A stretch of 63,448 nt of DNA, the filler included, from Octopus bimaculoides (lineage: Eukaryota), in NCBI RefSeq assembly GCF_001194135.2. It is 10 parts of 9 records of this genome, joined end to end, with 100 filler letters (N's around TTAATTAATTAA, not from the genome) between each part and the next. Parts side by side here need not be neighbours in the genome. Positions count along the whole stretch, not along the records: positions 59,090 to 62,116 come from NW_026423527.1; positions 62,217 to 63,448 come from NW_026369185.1; 8 more parts are not named here. One strand, 5' to 3'. A program made the position numbers and the translations under genes. Under the pieces are notes generated by a model. The model made no database searches. It was not told the DNA's origin and saw only the letters and a list, made by a program, of their open reading frames with translations. How positions within the stretch are numbered: position 1 is the first letter of the stretch; every line of letters begins with the position of its first letter. Below, piece after piece: positions 61,694 through 63,448 of the stretch.

Positions 61694-62217
61694 GTTTACT
61701 GATAGGACTTGCTTTCTATTTTGTGTCTATCTATAAGCTTTTTATCTCTCTATACTTATTATTTACATTTCTTATTTTAATATTACATTTTTAAATATTT
61801 TTACTGATAGGACCTGCTGATAGGACTGTACTGATAGGTTTCTATATTGTGTTTATGTATAACTTTTACTTGGATTTTATATTTTTATATTTTTTAATAT
61901 TTTTTATTTATTTTTTTATGTTTTTTTACATATTTATAGGGTTAATGTTTTTGTATCTTTTACACACATATTTTTCTGTTTTCTCCCCTCAACCCTGTTT
62001 TTTTTCCTGTACGTCTATAGACACGTACAGGGAAACCTTATATGTGCGCGCTTGTGAGTGTGTGCGGGTGCGTGCGTATATAGATATATGCGTGCATGCG
62101 ATAATATGCGCAGTTTNNNNNNNNNNNNNNNNNNNNNNNNNNNNNNNNNNNNNNNNNNNNTTAATTAATTAANNNNNNNNNNNNNNNNNNNNNNNNNNNN
62201 NNNNNNNNNNNNNNNNA

Positions 62218-62448
62218 GTTTTGAAGAGTGCAGTTCGATTTTAACAGTTATTTTTTCAAGGCTATATTTGAAGTGACAAAGGAGCAATATCGGCAAATTT
62301 TGCTTTTTGAGTTCAATAAAGGCAGCAACACGACAGAAAGTATGAGGAATATTAACGCAGTATATGGGGATTGGACAATAAGCGTAAGCCAGTGTCAGTG
62401 GTGGTTCCAGAAATTCCGAGCTGGAAACCACAGCCTAGAAGATGAGAC
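62218..62448 (+). mobile_element. Mariner transposase N-terminal HTH fragment
   Basis: EVTKEQYRQILLFEFNKGSNTTESMRNINAVYG...QCQWWFQKFRAGNHSLEDE. Confidence 0.88.
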
Positions 62449-62738
62449 AAGTGGTGTCATTAGATTACAATCTTCCTTGGAAAACATGCCTGGCCATTGG
62501 GAAATATTACCTTGCTTGGAAACAGGTGAGGGCTGGCAACTGTATAAAATCAACTTCATTAGACTTCCTCTGACCCATGCAAGCATAGAAAAAAGGATGT
62601 TAAAATGATGCCAATGATGAAGGATGTACTGGACAATGTAGCAAGTTGATGCAGGTAGTTTATCCCATCTCCCTCCAACTTTTAGTTCATGCAATTGAAA
62701 AACTACATTATTTATGGGATGATCCAATATATATGTAT

Positions 62739-62770
62739 ACTAGCAGAGGCACCCGGCGTTGCTCGGGAAT
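62739..62770 (+). mobile_element. Helitron/Helentron-type terminus
   Basis: actagcagaggcacccggcgttgctcggg with GC-rich hairpin cccgg/tcggg, after (TA)n; body not traced. Confidence 0.45.
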
Positions 62771-63159
62771 GAAATTGTTGCTTATATACTTGAAGAAAAA
62801 AAGGCAAAATATGCTGTATAGAAATTTGAGGACATTTGAGGACATGGTCAAACCGCATTCCTACATAGGTCTGTTTATCAGAGTTACCTTGGGACTAAAC
62901 CACAATGACAACTGCCACAACCACAACAACGCCAACACTATTTCCACTCTTTGAAGTGAATGTGACATTAACCTCATCACTCATTAGTCAATGAGTGATG
63001 AGTTTCTTTCACTCTACTTACGCATTGGATCTGGGCTAAATTCAGTGTGGATTGCATAGTCTTTAACAAATGTTAGGTGCCGTCCTGCCACTGTGTTATT
63101 GGTGGTTCCAATGTTAACAGAACTGCCATAGATGTAGAAATCCTCGGGGCTGGAAGGAT

Positions 63160-63245
63160 AACAATAATAATGATGATGATGACGATAATAATAATAATAA
63201 TAATAATTATAATAATGATAATAATAATGATAATGATAATAATAA

Positions 63246-63276
<31 letters not shown>

Positions 63277-63280
63277 CAGA
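63160..63280. repeat. (ATA/ATG)n then (AAG)n microsatellite
   Basis: Directly visible. Confidence 0.95.
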
Positions 63281-63281
63281 A

Positions 63282-63359
63282 TATAGATGTTTTCGATCTA
63301 GTATGGATTCTTTGCCATCAAATTTGATGGCAAAGAATCCAAACTAGATTGAAAACATC

Positions 63360-63363
<4 letters not shown>
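63282..63363. repeat. 82-bp loop-less palindrome (41-bp arms, 2 mismatches)
   Basis: tatagatgttttcgatctagtatggattctttgccatcaaa | tttgatggcaaagaatccaaactagattgaaaacatctata. Confidence 0.95.
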
Positions 63364-63397
<34 letters not shown>

Positions 63398-63407
63398 CAA
63401 TAATAAT

Positions 63408-63448
63408 ACGCAAAACACTTTCAATACAGTAAACATAAGAGCACCACA
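63408..63448 (+). mobile_element. 5'-truncated Dong/R4 3' fragment directly after (TAA)n
   Basis: cgcaaaacactttcaatacagtaaacataagagcaccaca is identical to about 42808-42848; runs off the window end. Confidence 0.8.

Noticed and set aside
61699-61840. CTGATAGG as a hammerhead core
   Set aside because: Does not match CUGANGA and no GAAA box with pairing stems follows.
13982-62172. TTAATTAATTAA exactly centred in nine 100-nt N-gaps (13982, 16552, 26283, 28222, 30234, 42605, 52761, 59034, 62161)
   Set aside because: Identical 44N-12-44N layout and stops in all six frames indicate an artificial scaffolding linker, not a biological repeat or CRISPR-like array.

Overview
AT-rich, microsatellite-saturated eukaryotic genomic DNA from a gappy draft assembly. 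The repeat families suggest a cephalopod, probably Octopus (inference from recalled repeat motifs, not a database search). No rRNA, true tRNA, CRISPR array or prokaryotic features were seen. Most supplied ORFs are translations of microsatellites or N-gaps. Recognisable content is mostly mobile-element debris. It includes several tRNA-headed SINE families (about 30 copies, with a head-to-tail array at 3.8-6.5 kb), two CR1/L2-group RT relics, about 7 RTE fragments, an L1/Tx1-like ORF1 relic, and two Dong/R4 3' ends in (TAA)n. There are also two mariner fragments, a Gypsy gag zinc-knuckle/LTR remnant, TTAA-type and hAT MITEs, and a HINE-like element. Penelope-like elements are represented by a near full-length decayed RT+GIY-YIG copy with a CxCx5Cx5C linker, a second-clade RT fragment, and two degenerate hammerhead-bearing termini. 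A hand-built, phase-consistent set of + strand exons (40.6, 41.1, 42.1, 54.1, 57.7 kb; one GC-AG intron) suggests an unidentified host gene in the CpG-depleted part of the window. The most unusual pattern is five unrelated long fold-back palindromes (23-41 bp arms), four of them beside (TA)n or (TAA)n tracts, plus a multi-hairpin cassette at 16.7-17.1 kb. Nine N-gaps contain an artificial TTAATTAATTAA linker, so contig order across them is not guaranteed.
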